Below are positions 17,584 through 28,420 of a DNA stretch of 64,000 nucleotides, one piece after another. The stretch is taken from positions 4,283 to 68,282 of the forward strand of contig JAEDOO010000001.1 of assembly GCA_016301965.1 (NCBI GenBank), in the 5' to 3' direction. Made by a program: the position numbers and the translations under genes. How positions within the stretch are numbered: position 1 is the stretch's first letter; every line of letters begins with the position of its first letter. The notes under the pieces are model-generated. The model saw nothing but the letters and a program-made list of their open reading frames with translations. It made no database searches and was not told the origin of the DNA. The DNA comes from Lachnospiraceae bacterium. GTDB taxonomy: Bacteria; Bacillota; Clostridia; Lachnospirales; Lachnospiraceae.

Positions 17584-18093
17584 ATGGCAATCAGAAATAT
17601 TCGGGTGATGGGAGACAGGGTACTGACAAAGGTCTGCCGTCCCGTAGAACAGATGACAGATAAAATCAGTACGTTGATCGGAGACATGTTTGATACCATG
17701 TATGATGCCTGTGGTGTGGGTCTGGCGGCACCTCAGGTAGGCATCCTGAAACGAATCGTTGTGATCGATGTGGGAGACGGAGAGGCATATTGTCTGATCA
17801 ATCCCGAGATCGTAGAAACTTCCGGCAGTCAGACAGGTGATGAAGGCTGCTTAAGCGTACCGGGAAAAGCCGGTAAGGTGACCAGACCGGATCATGTAGT
17901 GGTGCGTGCGCTGGATGAGAATATGGAACCTATTGAGGTGACAGGAGAGGGGCTTCTGGCCAGAGCTATATGTCATGAATGCGAGCATCTGGATGGTATT
18001 CTGTATGTGGAACATGTGGAAGGCGAGCTTCATGATGTATCCTATGATGAAGAGGATGCTTTTGATGAGATAGATGAGCTGATCGAAAAGTAA
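17584..18093 (+). CDS. def: peptide deformylase
   Basis: Metal-site motifs GVGLAAPQ, EGCLS and HECEHLDG. Confidence 0.95.
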   Translation: MAIRNIRVMGDRVLTKVCRPVEQMTDKISTLIGDMFDTMYDACGVGLAAPQVGILKRIVVIDVGDGEAYCLINPEIVETSGSQTGDEGCLSVPGKAGKVTRPDHVVVRALDENMEPIEVTGEGLLARAICHECEHLDGILYVEHVEGELHDVSYDEEDAFDEIDELIEK

Positions 18094-18114
18094 GGCAGGA
18101 AGCAGGTGAGAAAG

Positions 18115-19047
18115 ATGAAAGCAATATTTATGGGAACACCGGATTTTGCTGTGGGAGCCTTAAAAAAACTGGCAGAAGACGGTCATGAGATACTCGCTGT
18201 CATTACGCAGCCGGATAAACCCCAGGGCCGGAAAATGGTACTGACTCCGCCGCCGGTTAAAGAAGAAGCACTGCGTCTGGGGCTGGAGGTATATCAGCCC
18301 AAACGAGTACGTGATCCGGAATGTGTGGAATATATGAAAAGCCTGCATCCGGAGGTGATCATCGTGGCTGCTTTCGGACAGATCCTTCCGAAAGAAATCC
18401 TTTATCTGCCCAGATTTGGCTGCCTGAATATTCATGCCTCTCTGCTTCCGAAATACCGGGGGGCAGCCCCGATCCAGAGAGCAATTATCGATGGTGAAAA
18501 AGAGACGGGTGTAACGATGATGCGTATGGATGAAGGTCTGGATACCGGCGACATGCTGACAAAAGTTGTTGTACCTATTGAAGCGGATGAGACGGGCGGC
18601 AGCCTGTTTGACAAGCTTAGTGCTGCCGGTGCCAAGCTGATGAGCGAGACACTGCAAGCACTCATGGTGGAGGATATTCCCGGAGAAAAACAGCCGGAAA
18701 AAAGTCCGACACCGTATGCGGCTATGATCCGCCGGGAGGATGGCGTGATCGATTGGAAAAATTCTGCGGTTTCGCTGGAACGTCTTGTCCGCGGACTTTC
18801 CCCCTGGCCGGGATGCACTACTCGTCTGCAGGGAAAGCAGCTGAAGGTGTGGAAGACCAGAGTATGCCGTGAAAATTCCGAACAGTGTGCCGGCAGTGTA
18901 TGCTGCACAAAAAAGGATGCACTTTGTGTACAGACCGCAGATGGGATCTTAGAAATCCTGGAACTTCAGCTGGAGGGCAAAAAGCGGATGGATGCTGCAA
19001 CATTTTTAAGAGGCTGCAAGATTGCAGCTGGGACAATATTGGGATGA
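18115..19047 (+). CDS. fmt: methionyl-tRNA formyltransferase
   Basis: Motifs MKAIFMGTPDFAV and HASLLPKYRGAAPIQ. The track ORF begins at GTG 18106; ATG 18115 is preferred. Confidence 0.93.
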   Translation: MKAIFMGTPDFAVGALKKLAEDGHEILAVITQPDKPQGRKMVLTPPPVKEEALRLGLEVYQPKRVRDPECVEYMKSLHPEVIIVAAFGQILPKEILYLPRFGCLNIHASLLPKYRGAAPIQRAIIDGEKETGVTMMRMDEGLDTGDMLTKVVVPIEADETGGSLFDKLSAAGAKLMSETLQALMVEDIPGEKQPEKSPTPYAAMIRREDGVIDWKNSAVSLERLVRGLSPWPGCTTRLQGKQLKVWKTRVCRENSEQCAGSVCCTKKDALCVQTADGILEILELQLEGKKRMDAATFLRGCKIAAGTILG

Positions 19048-19110
19048 TTTTACATGTGTGCATGTATGGAAACAGCACAAAATTATCAGATACAGAGAGG
19101 GGGAGTATAG

Positions 19111-20481
19111 ATGGCGCAGGTAAGCCTGACCCGTGAACTGGTCATGCAGATGCTGCTTTCTGTCAGTCAGGAAGAGCAGTACAGCCATCTGGTACTGCGG
19201 GAGACACTGGAGAAATATCAGTTCCTTCCCAAACAGGACAGGGCGTTTATTACCCGGGTCTTTGAGGGAACGATCGAAAATCGCATACAGATCGATTATT
19301 GGGTCGATCAGATATCCAGTGTGAAAGTAAACAAGATGAAACCGGCAATTCGTGAAATTATTCGAAGTGCTGTTTATCAGATCGTATATATGGACGGTGT
19401 GCCAGACTCCGCAGCCTGCAACGAGGCTGTAAAACTGGCACAGAAAAAAGGATTTTACAGTCTGAAGGGATTTGTAAATGCCGTTCTTCGCAATCTCATC
19501 AGAACAAAAGACAATTTGCCTATGCCGCCTGTGACAATGGAAAAAACCTTTTTGTCTGTGAAATATTCGATACCGGAATGGCTGGTGGAAAAGTGGATCA
19601 ATGTTTATGGAGAAGAAATAACAGAAAGGATTTTAAAAGATTTCCTCAGAGAGCGTCCAACGACTGTCCGCGTCAAGACCTTTTGTTCGGATGTGGAACT
19701 GACATTGAATATGCTGAGGGAAGATGGCGTGACGGTGGAAAAAGCCCCATATGTCGATACAGCATATAATATTTCCGGATTTGACTATATTCCGGGTCTG
19801 AAGGCCTTTCGGGAAGGCAGGATCCAGGTGCAGGATGTCAGTTCTATGCTCGTGGCTGTCTGTGCGGCCCCGAAAAGAGGAGATGCTGTTCTTGATATTT
19901 GCGCGGCACCGGGAGGCAAGAGTCTTCATATAGCAGATCTTTTGCAGGGCACGGGCAATGTGCAGGCCAGAGATCTGACAGAATATAAGATCGGTCTGAT
20001 CCAGAAGAATATTGACCGGTGCGGAGTGGTCAATGTGGAAGCTGTCCGTCAGGATGCGACGATATTTGACCGTAAGAGTGCAGAGCAGTTTGATATAGTT
20101 CTGGCGGATGTCCCCTGTTCTGGCCTTGGCGTGATCGGTAAAAAAACAGATATCAAATACAGAATGGATCCGGAAAAGATCCGGGATCTGGTGCAGCTGC
20201 AGAGACAGATTCTGCACAATGCCGCTGCTTATGTGAAACCAGGCGGAGTTCTTCTGTACAGTACCTGTACCATCTGTGAGGAAGAAAACCAGGAAAATGT
20301 AAAATGGCTGACACAGCATTATCCTTTTCATGCAGAAAGTCTGGATCCTTATCTGCCGCCGCAGCTTCGCAGCGATCTGACGCAGTGGGGAATGCTGCAG
20401 CTTCTGCCGGGAATTCACAAAACAGATGGCTTCTTCCTGGCCAGACTGAAGAAGGAGGAAGACGATGGACTGGGATTGTAA
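19111..20481 (+). CDS. rsmB: 16S rRNA (cytosine967-C5)-methyltransferase
   Basis: NusB-like N-terminus. SAM methyltransferase motifs DICAAPGGK, DVPCSGLG and LLYSTCT. Confidence 0.9.
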   Translation: MAQVSLTRELVMQMLLSVSQEEQYSHLVLRETLEKYQFLPKQDRAFITRVFEGTIENRIQIDYWVDQISSVKVNKMKPAIREIIRSAVYQIVYMDGVPDSAACNEAVKLAQKKGFYSLKGFVNAVLRNLIRTKDNLPMPPVTMEKTFLSVKYSIPEWLVEKWINVYGEEITERILKDFLRERPTTVRVKTFCSDVELTLNMLREDGVTVEKAPYVDTAYNISGFDYIPGLKAFREGRIQVQDVSSMLVAVCAAPKRGDAVLDICAAPGGKSLHIADLLQGTGNVQARDLTEYKIGLIQKNIDRCGVVNVEAVRQDATIFDRKSAEQFDIVLADVPCSGLGVIGKKTDIKYRMDPEKIRDLVQLQRQILHNAAAYVKPGGVLLYSTCTICEEENQENVKWLTQHYPFHAESLDPYLPPQLRSDLTQWGMLQLLPGIHKTDGFFLARLKKEEDDGLGL

Positions 20482-20485
20482 ATCT

Positions 20486-21502
20486 ATGCTTCCGGAAGAA
20501 CTGAAGATCCTGGCAGCACAGATGGGAGAAAAACCCTTCCGGGCATCGCAGCTTTTTGGCTGGATCCACGAAAAGAACGTTTGTACTTACGATGAAATGA
20601 CAAATCTTCCGGCTGCTTTTCGACAGCGTCTTGAAAAGGAGTATCCACTGGTAACACTGGAGTGCGTACGGATGCAGGTATCAAAACTGGATGGAACCCG
20701 TAAATTCCTTTTCCGTCTGGAAGATGGCAATGTGGTGGAGAGCGTATGGATGGAATACCATCATGGCAACAGCGTCTGTATTTCTACACAGGTAGGATGT
20801 AAGATGGGCTGTCGCTTCTGTGCTTCCACACTGGATGGCTGGGTCCGTAATCTGAAGCCTTCAGAAATGCTGGAACAGATCTACCAGATCCAGAGGATCA
20901 TGAAAGCAAGAGTATCCAACATTGTTCTTATGGGTACCGGAGAACCGATGGATAATTATGATGCGGTGGTTCGTTTTATCCGCCTGATCAGCCACGAAAA
21001 GGGGTTGAATATCAGCCAGAGAAACATTACGGTTTCTACCTGCGGTATCGTACCAAAGATCCGGCAGTTTGCGGACGAACAGCTGAATGTGACACTGGCC
21101 CTTTCGCTTCATGCGCCGAATGATGAAAAAAGAAGGGAATTGATGCCCATTGCCAATCGTTATCACCTGGATGAGGTGATGGATGCCTGCCGATATTATT
21201 ATGAACGTACCGGCCGTCGACTTACGTTTGAATACAGTCTGGTGGGAGGAAAAAATGACGCAGAAGAGGATGCCAGACAGCTGGCCAGCCTTTTGAAAGG
21301 ACTCAACTGTCATGTGAATCTGATCCCTGTAAATCCCATAAAAGAGAGAGATTACGTGCAGTCTGGCCAAAAAGTTATCGAGGCATTTAAAAATAAACTT
21401 GAAAAATACAAAATTAATGTTACTATTAGAAGGGAAATGGGCCGGGATATTGACGGCGCATGTGGTCAGCTGAGAAAGAGTTATATGGACAAGAAGGAGT
21501 AA
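20486..21502 (+). CDS. rlmN: 23S rRNA/tRNA (adenine-C2)-methyltransferase, radical SAM
   Basis: FRASQLFGWI and the CxxxCxxC motif in GCKMGCRFCAS. Start at either 20465 or 20486; 20486 avoids an overlap with rsmB. Confidence 0.92.
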   Translation: MLPEELKILAAQMGEKPFRASQLFGWIHEKNVCTYDEMTNLPAAFRQRLEKEYPLVTLECVRMQVSKLDGTRKFLFRLEDGNVVESVWMEYHHGNSVCISTQVGCKMGCRFCASTLDGWVRNLKPSEMLEQIYQIQRIMKARVSNIVLMGTGEPMDNYDAVVRFIRLISHEKGLNISQRNITVSTCGIVPKIRQFADEQLNVTLALSLHAPNDEKRRELMPIANRYHLDEVMDACRYYYERTGRRLTFEYSLVGGKNDAEEDARQLASLLKGLNCHVNLIPVNPIKERDYVQSGQKVIEAFKNKLEKYKINVTIRREMGRDIDGACGQLRKSYMDKKE

Positions 21503-21513
21503 CTGACATTAAG

Positions 21514-22254
21514 ATGAAGTCATACGCATTGACAGACGTTGGCAGAGTCAGACATACGAATCAGGATTATCTCTTCGCATCCGATGAACCAATCGGTAAT
21601 CTGCCGAACCTGTATATCGTTGCCGATGGTATGGGAGGCCATAATGCGGGAGATTATGCATCCCGCTGTGCGGTCGGTACGGTGATCGATACTGTACGGG
21701 GGGAAAGAGAATTTAATCCGATACGTATCCTGCATTCCGCCATCGAAAAGGCAAATCAGGAAGTATATACAAAGGCCCAGCAGGATAAGGCACTGGAAGG
21801 TATGGGTACGACAATGGTGGCTGTGACCATTGTGGGAAAATACGCTTATGTGGCCAATGTAGGTGACAGCCGTTTATATGTGATCGGCAGTCAGCTTTTA
21901 CAGATTACCCGGGATCACTCGCTGGTAGGTGAGATGGTACGTATGGGTGAGCTTACAGAAGAAGAAGGACGTGTTCATCCGGACAAAAACATTATTACCC
22001 GTGCATTGGGGATCAATCCTACCGTCAAAGTGGATTTTTTTGATGTTAAACTGGAGGATAACAATAGTATCATGATGTGTTCTGACGGCCTGAGCAATAT
22101 GGTACCGGCCGAAGAGATCTTACAGACTGTACAGTCTTGCGTGGGAGAGCAGAATAAGGCACAGTGTCTGATAGATAAAGCAAATGAGAATGGCGGCAAG
22201 GACAATATTGCCGTTATTGTGATTGAACCGTTTACAGATGAGGTGAATATATGA
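21514..22254 (+). CDS. stp: PP2C-family Ser/Thr phosphatase
   Basis: Motifs TDVGRVRHTNQD, ADGMGGH, MCSDGL and GGKDNI. ATGA overlap with the kinase gene. Confidence 0.92.
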   Translation: MKSYALTDVGRVRHTNQDYLFASDEPIGNLPNLYIVADGMGGHNAGDYASRCAVGTVIDTVRGEREFNPIRILHSAIEKANQEVYTKAQQDKALEGMGTTMVAVTIVGKYAYVANVGDSRLYVIGSQLLQITRDHSLVGEMVRMGELTEEEGRVHPDKNIITRALGINPTVKVDFFDVKLEDNNSIMMCSDGLSNMVPAEEILQTVQSCVGEQNKAQCLIDKANENGGKDNIAVIVIEPFTDEVNI

Positions 22255-24434
22255 TAAATGAGGGTATGTTAATAGGGGAGCGTTACGAGATACTGGGACT
22301 GATCGGTTCCGGCGGTATGGCCGATGTATACAAGGCCAGAGATTCCAAATTAAACCGTCTGGTTGCCGTAAAGGTACTGCGCCAGGAATTTCGTATGGAC
22401 AAGACATTTGTCAGCAAGTTCCAGAAGGAAGCACAGGCAGCAGCAGGTCTGTCTCATCCGAACATTGTCAGTGTATACGATGTAGGTGAGGATGAGAATG
22501 CAAACTTCATTGTTATGGAGCTTGTGGAAGGCATTACACTGAAAGATTACATTAAAAGAAAGAAGAAGCTGAGCGTCAGAGAAGCCACCAGTATTGCCAT
22601 TCAGGTGTCTCTCGGACTGGAAGCAGCGCATAAATGCGGACTGGTACATCGTGATGTTAAACCGCAGAATATCATGATCTCAACAGACGGTAAAGTAAAA
22701 CTGTCGGATTTTGGTATTGCCAGAGCTGCATCTTCCAATACCATCAGCTCAAATGTCATGGGTTCTGTACATTACAGTTCTCCGGAGCAGGTGCGCGGCG
22801 GTTTTGCCAATGCGCAGAGTGATATCTATTCTCTGGGTATTACTTTATATGAGATGGTTACCGGACGAGTTCCATTTGACGGCGACACCAGTGTGGCGAT
22901 TGCCATTAAGCATCTGCAGGAAGAGATCATTCCGCCAAACAAATATGTGCCGGATCTCCCCTACAGCTTAAATCAGATCATCCTGAAATGTACACAGAAG
23001 AGCGTGGACAGACGATATGCCAGCATGGCAGATCTGATCATGGATCTGAAACGTTCCCTGGTAGATCCTAATGGAAATTTTGTGGAGCTTGCACCGTTGT
23101 CCAGCCATGCGCAGACGATCATGCTGTCCAAGGCAGAGATGGAAGCTATCCAGGCTGCTTCCGGCTCCCGTTATGAGGATGACGACGATGACGATGAGGA
23201 TGATGACGAGGAGGAAGAAAGACCGAGACGCCGCCGTTCCAGCCGGTATGATGAGGATGATGACGACGAGGATGACGAGGATGAGGGCGGCATCAGCGGT
23301 GCGCTGGAAAAGGCCATGACCATCGGCGGATTTATTATCGGAGCAATTATTATCGTTCTTTTGGTTGTATTTATCTGCAAAGCTGCCGGCCTGTTTGGAA
23401 ACAGCAGCAAGCCGGAAAGCTCTTCTGTAGTTCCTTCTTCCAGCAGTGTGGTTGCGCAGAGCAGCCAGGTCGAGGATACCGGAAAGGTTACTGTACCGGA
23501 TATTACAGGAAAAACAGTAAGTGAAGCACAGGAGATCCTTAACAAACTGCAGCTTGGTATCGCAAAAGGCGGCGAGGCTGCATCGGATACCGTTGCAGAG
23601 GGCCTGATCATATCACAGGATCTGATGGAAGGGACGACTGTAGCCACACATTCTACCGTGTATTATGTGATCAGTACCGGTGTGGCAGATATTACCGTGC
23701 CGGATGTCACAGGAAAAAGTCAGACCGTTGCCGAGACAACACTGAAATCCAGCGGACTGGAAACAAAGATCACACAGGAAAACAGTGATACTGTTCCCAT
23801 TGGTGATGTTATCCGCACCAATCCCAAAGCTGGTACAGAAGTATCTACCGGAAGTACAGTAGAAGTGGTTGTCAGCCTTGGAAAAGAAGATACACAGGTA
23901 GAAGTACCCAACGTTTACGGCGTTTCTGAAAATACAGCAAAGAAGACTTTGACCAATTTAAATCTTACGGTTGTGGTGGACACAGGTACCAGTACTAAGG
24001 TAAAAGCCGGAGAAGTTATGGCGCAGAGTATCAAAGCCGGTACGAAAGTAGACCAGAAGACAGAAATTACAATTACCGTCAACAGTGGAGCAGATACCAC
24101 ACAGGATCCGGATACTGCTGGCGACGCTACAGTGACACCGGGCGAAGAGGATGAGGATGACGAACAGCAGGAAGCCAAGGTATGGGCCTGCAATCAGCGT
24201 CTGGATACACCGCCAAATTACAGCGGCGGCCCCGTCAAACTGACCTTGTCACAGGTGGTAGACGGACAGACGGTAGAGAAGACCGTTGTAGAGAATGAAA
24301 GTCCGGAATTCCCGCTGACCTTCAGTACAGAAGGTGCTGAGGGTGTAAGTGTAGGTACCGTATATGTGTATGAGAAGATCGATGGGGAATACAAGAAGAT
24401 CGCCAAGTACACAGTTCCTTTTGAAGAATATTAA
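22251..24434 (+). CDS. prkC: PASTA-domain Ser/Thr protein kinase
   Basis: Kinase motifs GSGGMADVYKA, VAVKVL, HRDVKPQN and DFGIA. One TM segment and three PASTA repeats (VTVPDITGK, ITVPDVTGK, VEVPNVYGV). Confidence 0.93.
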   Translation: MINEGMLIGERYEILGLIGSGGMADVYKARDSKLNRLVAVKVLRQEFRMDKTFVSKFQKEAQAAAGLSHPNIVSVYDVGEDENANFIVMELVEGITLKDYIKRKKKLSVREATSIAIQVSLGLEAAHKCGLVHRDVKPQNIMISTDGKVKLSDFGIARAASSNTISSNVMGSVHYSSPEQVRGGFANAQSDIYSLGITLYEMVTGRVPFDGDTSVAIAIKHLQEEIIPPNKYVPDLPYSLNQIILKCTQKSVDRRYASMADLIMDLKRSLVDPNGNFVELAPLSSHAQTIMLSKAEMEAIQAASGSRYEDDDDDDEDDDEEEERPRRRRSSRYDEDDDDEDDEDEGGISGALEKAMTIGGFIIGAIIIVLLVVFICKAAGLFGNSSKPESSSVVPSSSSVVAQSSQVEDTGKVTVPDITGKTVSEAQEILNKLQLGIAKGGEAASDTVAEGLIISQDLMEGTTVATHSTVYYVISTGVADITVPDVTGKSQTVAETTLKSSGLETKITQENSDTVPIGDVIRTNPKAGTEVSTGSTVEVVVSLGKEDTQVEVPNVYGVSENTAKKTLTNLNLTVVVDTGTSTKVKAGEVMAQSIKAGTKVDQKTEITITVNSGADTTQDPDTAGDATVTPGEEDEDDEQQEAKVWACNQRLDTPPNYSGGPVKLTLSQVVDGQTVEKTVVENESPEFPLTFSTEGAEGVSVGTVYVYEKIDGEYKKIAKYTVPFEEY

Positions 24435-24437
24435 TAT

Positions 24438-25316
24438 ATGACTGGAAAGATTATAAAAGGTATTGCCGGATTCTACTACGTTTACGTAGTAGAATCCGGT
24501 ATTTATGAATGTAAGGCTGTTGGGATTTTTCGAAAAGATAAGATCAAGCCTCTGGTGGGCGATATGGTGCGTATCGAGGTGCTTAACGAGGAGAAGAAAG
24601 AGGGCAGCCTGGTGGAGATCCTTCCCCGGAAAAATGAACTGATTCGTCCGGCGGTGGCCAATGTTGATCAGGCTATGGTGATTTTTGCAGCGGATTTTCC
24701 AAAACCAAATTTTTCGCTGCTGAACCGTTTTTTGATCATGATGGAACGCAGAAACGTGTCGGTGGTGATCTGTTTCAATAAAATGGATCTTTTGGAAGAA
24801 AAAGATATCCAGAGACTGCATGAGATCTATGAGCCTGCCGGCTACCGGGTGCTGACCATCAGTGTAAAGCAAAAAAAGGGTATCGAAGAGGTACAAGCAC
24901 TTTTGGATCATAAGGTGACGGTGGTAGCAGGTCCTTCCGGAGTGGGAAAGTCCTCTCTGACCAACAGTCTGCAGAGAGATGTGGAAATGGAAACAGGAGA
25001 GATCAGCAAAAAGCTGAACCGCGGAAAGCATACCACCCGCCATTCCCAGCTGATCGAGCTGGGGGATGACAGCTGGTTTGTGGATACACCCGGTTTTTCC
25101 TCCCTGTATCTGGAAGATATGGAAAAGGAAGAATTGCGTCTGTATTTTCCGGAATTTGATCCTTACGAGGGACAGTGTCGCTATCAGGGCTGCACCCATA
25201 CGCATGAACCCGGATGTGCGGTAAAAGAGGCTCTTTCCGAGGGAAAGATAGAAAAACTGCGGTATGAGGGATATCTTGAGCTGTACGAAGAACTGAAAGA
25301 CAAGAAGAAAATGTAG
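24438..25316 (+). CDS. rsgA: ribosome small-subunit-dependent GTPase A
   Basis: Motifs NKMDL and GPSGVGKSSL. Zinc finger CRYQGCTHTHEPGC. Confidence 0.93.
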   Translation: MTGKIIKGIAGFYYVYVVESGIYECKAVGIFRKDKIKPLVGDMVRIEVLNEEKKEGSLVEILPRKNELIRPAVANVDQAMVIFAADFPKPNFSLLNRFLIMMERRNVSVVICFNKMDLLEEKDIQRLHEIYEPAGYRVLTISVKQKKGIEEVQALLDHKVTVVAGPSGVGKSSLTNSLQRDVEMETGEISKKLNRGKHTTRHSQLIELGDDSWFVDTPGFSSLYLEDMEKEELRLYFPEFDPYEGQCRYQGCTHTHEPGCAVKEALSEGKIEKLRYEGYLELYEELKDKKKM

Positions 25317-25337
25317 AGAACTGGAGCTGTTTTAGCT

Positions 25338-25988
25338 ATGAAAGCAATGGTGATCAGCGGGGGCACGATCGAGAAAGATTTTGCCCTTTCTTTTATCAGA
25401 GACTATGAACCTGACTATATTGTGGCGGCGGACAGGGGACTTGCCTTTTGCCTGGAAAATGAGATTAAAGTAAATCTGATCGTAGGGGATTTTGACAGTA
25501 TTCCCGGAGGAATTCTCGATACGTATGTTGCCCTACATCATGTGCCGGTACGGCGGTTCAATCCGGTAAAAGATGCCACAGATACGGAGATCGCGGTACG
25601 CCAGGTGGTGGAAGCGGGTGCCTCTGAAGCGATGCTTCTGGGAGCTACCGGAACCCGTCTTGACCATACCATCGGCAATATACAGTGCCTGCATATCCTT
25701 TTGGACGCAGGCATCCCGGCGGCGATTCTGGACAGCCATAACAGGATCAGCCTGCACAGAAAAGATTTTTTTATAAAAAAAGATGAACAGTTTGGGAAGT
25801 ATATCTCCTTTCTTCCGGCGGGAGAAGCGGTGGAGAAGCTTACGCTTAGCGGATTTAAATATCCTCTGCATGCGCAGCGGATAACCAATGCAGACAGTCT
25901 TTGTATCAGCAACGAGATCAACGAGGAGACAGCCGGCGTAACCTTTACAGGCGGCGAGCTGTTTATGATTCAATCCAGAGACAGTTAA
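25338..25988 (+). CDS. thiN: thiamine pyrophosphokinase
   Basis: 216 aa with GDFDS and KDATDTE motifs. It sits in the conserved position after rsgA. Confidence 0.8.
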   Translation: MKAMVISGGTIEKDFALSFIRDYEPDYIVAADRGLAFCLENEIKVNLIVGDFDSIPGGILDTYVALHHVPVRRFNPVKDATDTEIAVRQVVEAGASEAMLLGATGTRLDHTIGNIQCLHILLDAGIPAAILDSHNRISLHRKDFFIKKDEQFGKYISFLPAGEAVEKLTLSGFKYPLHAQRITNADSLCISNEINEETAGVTFTGGELFMIQSRDS

Positions 25989-26161
25989 TGCCGGGAAACT
26001 TTCTTGCGGTACGCAGGCAAGTATGATACACTGTACGCGGAATGCAGGCACAGTACAAAACAGAGGAAGTGCCTTTATTTGTGTAGTGAAATGTGTAGAA
26101 ACAAAGATGAGAAAGGCGGAAATGCTGGCAAACAGAGCATTTTCGGACAGGTATAAGAAAA

Positions 26162-27253
26162 ATGAAATTAGGTATCGTCGGATTACCAAACGTGGGGAAA
26201 AGCACCCTGTTTAATTCCCTGACCAAGGCGGGCGCCGAGTCTGCCAACTATCCATTCTGCACCATCGATCCCAATGTAGGTGTGGTGGCTGTGCCGGACA
26301 ATCGTCTGAAACTTCTGGGAGATTTCTATCATTCAAAGAAAGTGACCCCGGCGGTCATTGAATTTGTAGATATTGCCGGTCTGGTAAAAGGTGCCTCAAA
26401 GGGCGAGGGACTTGGTAATCAGTTTTTGGCTAACATCCGTGAAGTTGACGCGATCCTGCATGTGGTTCGCTGCTTTGAAGATCCCAATGTTATCCATGTG
26501 GATGGATCGGTGGATCCCATTCGAGATATTGAGACCATTAATCTGGAACTGATCTTTGCGGATCTGGAGGTACTGGAGCGCCGTATGGCAAAAGTGGGGC
26601 GCACCAGACAGATGGATAAGGCAGCTGCAAAAGAGTACACGCTGCTGGAGAAAATCAAAAAGCATCTGGAAGACGGTAAACCGGCCAAAACTCTGGAACT
26701 GGAAGATGACGATGAAGCAGCCATGATCAAAGACTATAATCTGTTGACGGCAAAACCGGTGATCTATGCGGCCAACGTGGCCGAGGATGAACTGGCCGGT
26801 GAAGACAATGATCTGGTGAAAAAGGTGCGTGAATACGCCGAGGCCGAGGGAAGTGAAGTGTTCAGTATCTGCGCGCAGATCGAGGAAGAAATCTCAGAGC
26901 TGGATGACGACGAGAAAAAGATGTTTCTGGAGGATCTGGGCATTGAGGAGTCCGGTCTGGACAAACTGATTACAGCCAGCTACCGTCTGCTGGGACTGAT
27001 GAGTTTTCTGACAGCAGGAGAGGATGAGACAAGAGCATGGACCATCAAAATCGGTACCAAGGCTCCGCAGGCTGCCGGAAAGATCCATACCGATTTTGAG
27101 AGAGGCTTTATCAAGGCAGAGGTGGTCAATTACCAGAATCTTCTGGACTGTGGTTCCTACGCCGGAGCCAGAGAGAAGGGACTTGTCCGCATGGAAGGAA
27201 AGGACTATGTGGTTCAGGACGGTGATGTGATTCTGTTCCGCTTTAATGTTTAA
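26162..27253 (+). CDS. ychF: redox-regulated ATPase YchF
   Basis: [28 protein letters not shown], and a C-terminal TGS-like domain. Confidence 0.93.
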   Translation: MKLGIVGLPNVGKSTLFNSLTKAGAESANYPFCTIDPNVGVVAVPDNRLKLLGDFYHSKKVTPAVIEFVDIAGLVKGASKGEGLGNQFLANIREVDAILHVVRCFEDPNVIHVDGSVDPIRDIETINLELIFADLEVLERRMAKVGRTRQMDKAAAKEYTLLEKIKKHLEDGKPAKTLELEDDDEAAMIKDYNLLTAKPVIYAANVAEDELAGEDNDLVKKVREYAEAEGSEVFSICAQIEEEISELDDDEKKMFLEDLGIEESGLDKLITASYRLLGLMSFLTAGEDETRAWTIKIGTKAPQAAGKIHTDFERGFIKAEVVNYQNLLDCGSYAGAREKGLVRMEGKDYVVQDGDVILFRFNV

Positions 27254-27273
27254 GACAGCCGGAGGAAATTAGC

Positions 27274-28179
27274 ATGGATATGCAGATATATTTTCCTCAT
27301 CTGGGCATCTATCTGGAGCATGTGGGGAAAAATTTCAGTATCTTCGGATTTACCATTGCATATTACGGTGTAGTTATCGTTATCGGTATGCTGATTGCCA
27401 TGGCGCTGATCATGTATACGGCAAAACGTTTTGGGGAAAATCCGGATATGTATTATGATGTGAGCCTGATGGCCATCCTGATCGGCATCGTGGGGGCCAG
27501 AGCCTACTATGTGTTTTTTTCCTGGGATATGTACAAAGATGACCTTTGGCAGATATTCAATATTCGAAACGGCGGCCTGGCCATCTACGGCGGCATCCTT
27601 TTTGGTACCCTGACGGTGTTGGTGTATTCCCGGGTGAAGAAAAAAAGCTTTCTTCATATGGCAGATATCCTGATTCTGGGTGTGGTATTTGGCCAGATCA
27701 TGGGCCGTTGGGGCAATTTCTTTAATCGTGAGGCCTTTGGCGAATACACAGACGGACTGTTTGCCATGCAGCTGCCGGTTTCTGCTGTGCGTCAGAATGA
27801 GATTACCCAGGCCATGTGGGACCATGCGGTGACGATCAATGGCGTGGAGTTTATACAGGTATCCCCCACTTTCCTCTACGAAAGTCTGTGGAATCTGGGA
27901 CTTCTGGTTATTTTGTTGTTCCTCATCGGACGAAAACGTTTTGACGGTCAGGTCTTTCTGACCTATGTCATGGGGTATGGCCTGGGGAGGATGTGGATCG
28001 AAGGTCTGAGAACAGATCAGCTTCTGGTTCCGCAAACAGCGATTCCCGTATCCCAGCTTCTGTCTGGCACTATGGTGGTGGCTGCGGTCATAGGCCTTAT
28101 CGTACAGAGCCACAGGCACAGGAACCAGGGATGTCTGGTAAATGAAAAAAGCGGGAAAATGGATAAAAAACTGGGATGA
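27274..28179 (+). CDS. lgt: prolipoprotein diacylglyceryl transferase
   Basis: Polytopic membrane protein with GLAIYGGI and GRWGNFFNREAFG motifs. Confidence 0.92.
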   Translation: MDMQIYFPHLGIYLEHVGKNFSIFGFTIAYYGVVIVIGMLIAMALIMYTAKRFGENPDMYYDVSLMAILIGIVGARAYYVFFSWDMYKDDLWQIFNIRNGGLAIYGGILFGTLTVLVYSRVKKKSFLHMADILILGVVFGQIMGRWGNFFNREAFGEYTDGLFAMQLPVSAVRQNEITQAMWDHAVTINGVEFIQVSPTFLYESLWNLGLLVILLFLIGRKRFDGQVFLTYVMGYGLGRMWIEGLRTDQLLVPQTAIPVSQLLSGTMVVAAVIGLIVQSHRHRNQGCLVNEKSGKMDKKLG

Positions 28180-28215
28180 TCCCCCACCGCGATATAGATT
28201 TATGAAAAAAAGAGA

Positions 28216-28285
28216 AGAACGAAAAGACAATTATGGGATATGCATGGCATACATCCCCAAATGGCTGTCTTTTCGTTCTTTTTTT
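28216..28285 (+). terminator. rho-independent terminator after lgt
   Basis: 14-bp arms agaacgaaaagaca / tgtcttttcgttct, followed by a T tract. Confidence 0.7.
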
Positions 28286-28387
28286 GCTGCTCTGCAAGCG
28301 GAGGATGAGAGGATTCGGGAGGGCTCAGTTTGTCGTTTCCGCGCATGGGCTGTAAATAAAACGTAAAGAATTTTCTGTATTTCCCTC

Positions 28388-28416
28388 TTGCACTTTCCCA
28401 ATCCCTGGGGTAGAAT
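28388..28416 (+). promoter_or_regulatory. candidate dcw (mraZ) promoter
   Basis: TTGCAC (28388-28393), 17-nt spacer, TAGAAT (28411-28416). Confidence 0.55.
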
Positions 28417-28420
28417 AGGG

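Noticed and set aside
24249-25205. 318-aa minus-strand ORF
   Set aside because: It is antisense to the prkC 3' end and rsgA. It is a shadow ORF.
25989-26161. 172-bp gap upstream of ychF with short direct repeats (gtacgc, gcaggca, tgtgtag), considered as a riboswitch or sRNA
   Set aside because: I could recognise no known riboswitch consensus and no convincing structure or terminator.
27250-28230. 326-aa minus-strand ORF
   Set aside because: It is antisense to lgt and has no recognisable motifs. The + strand gene is unambiguous.
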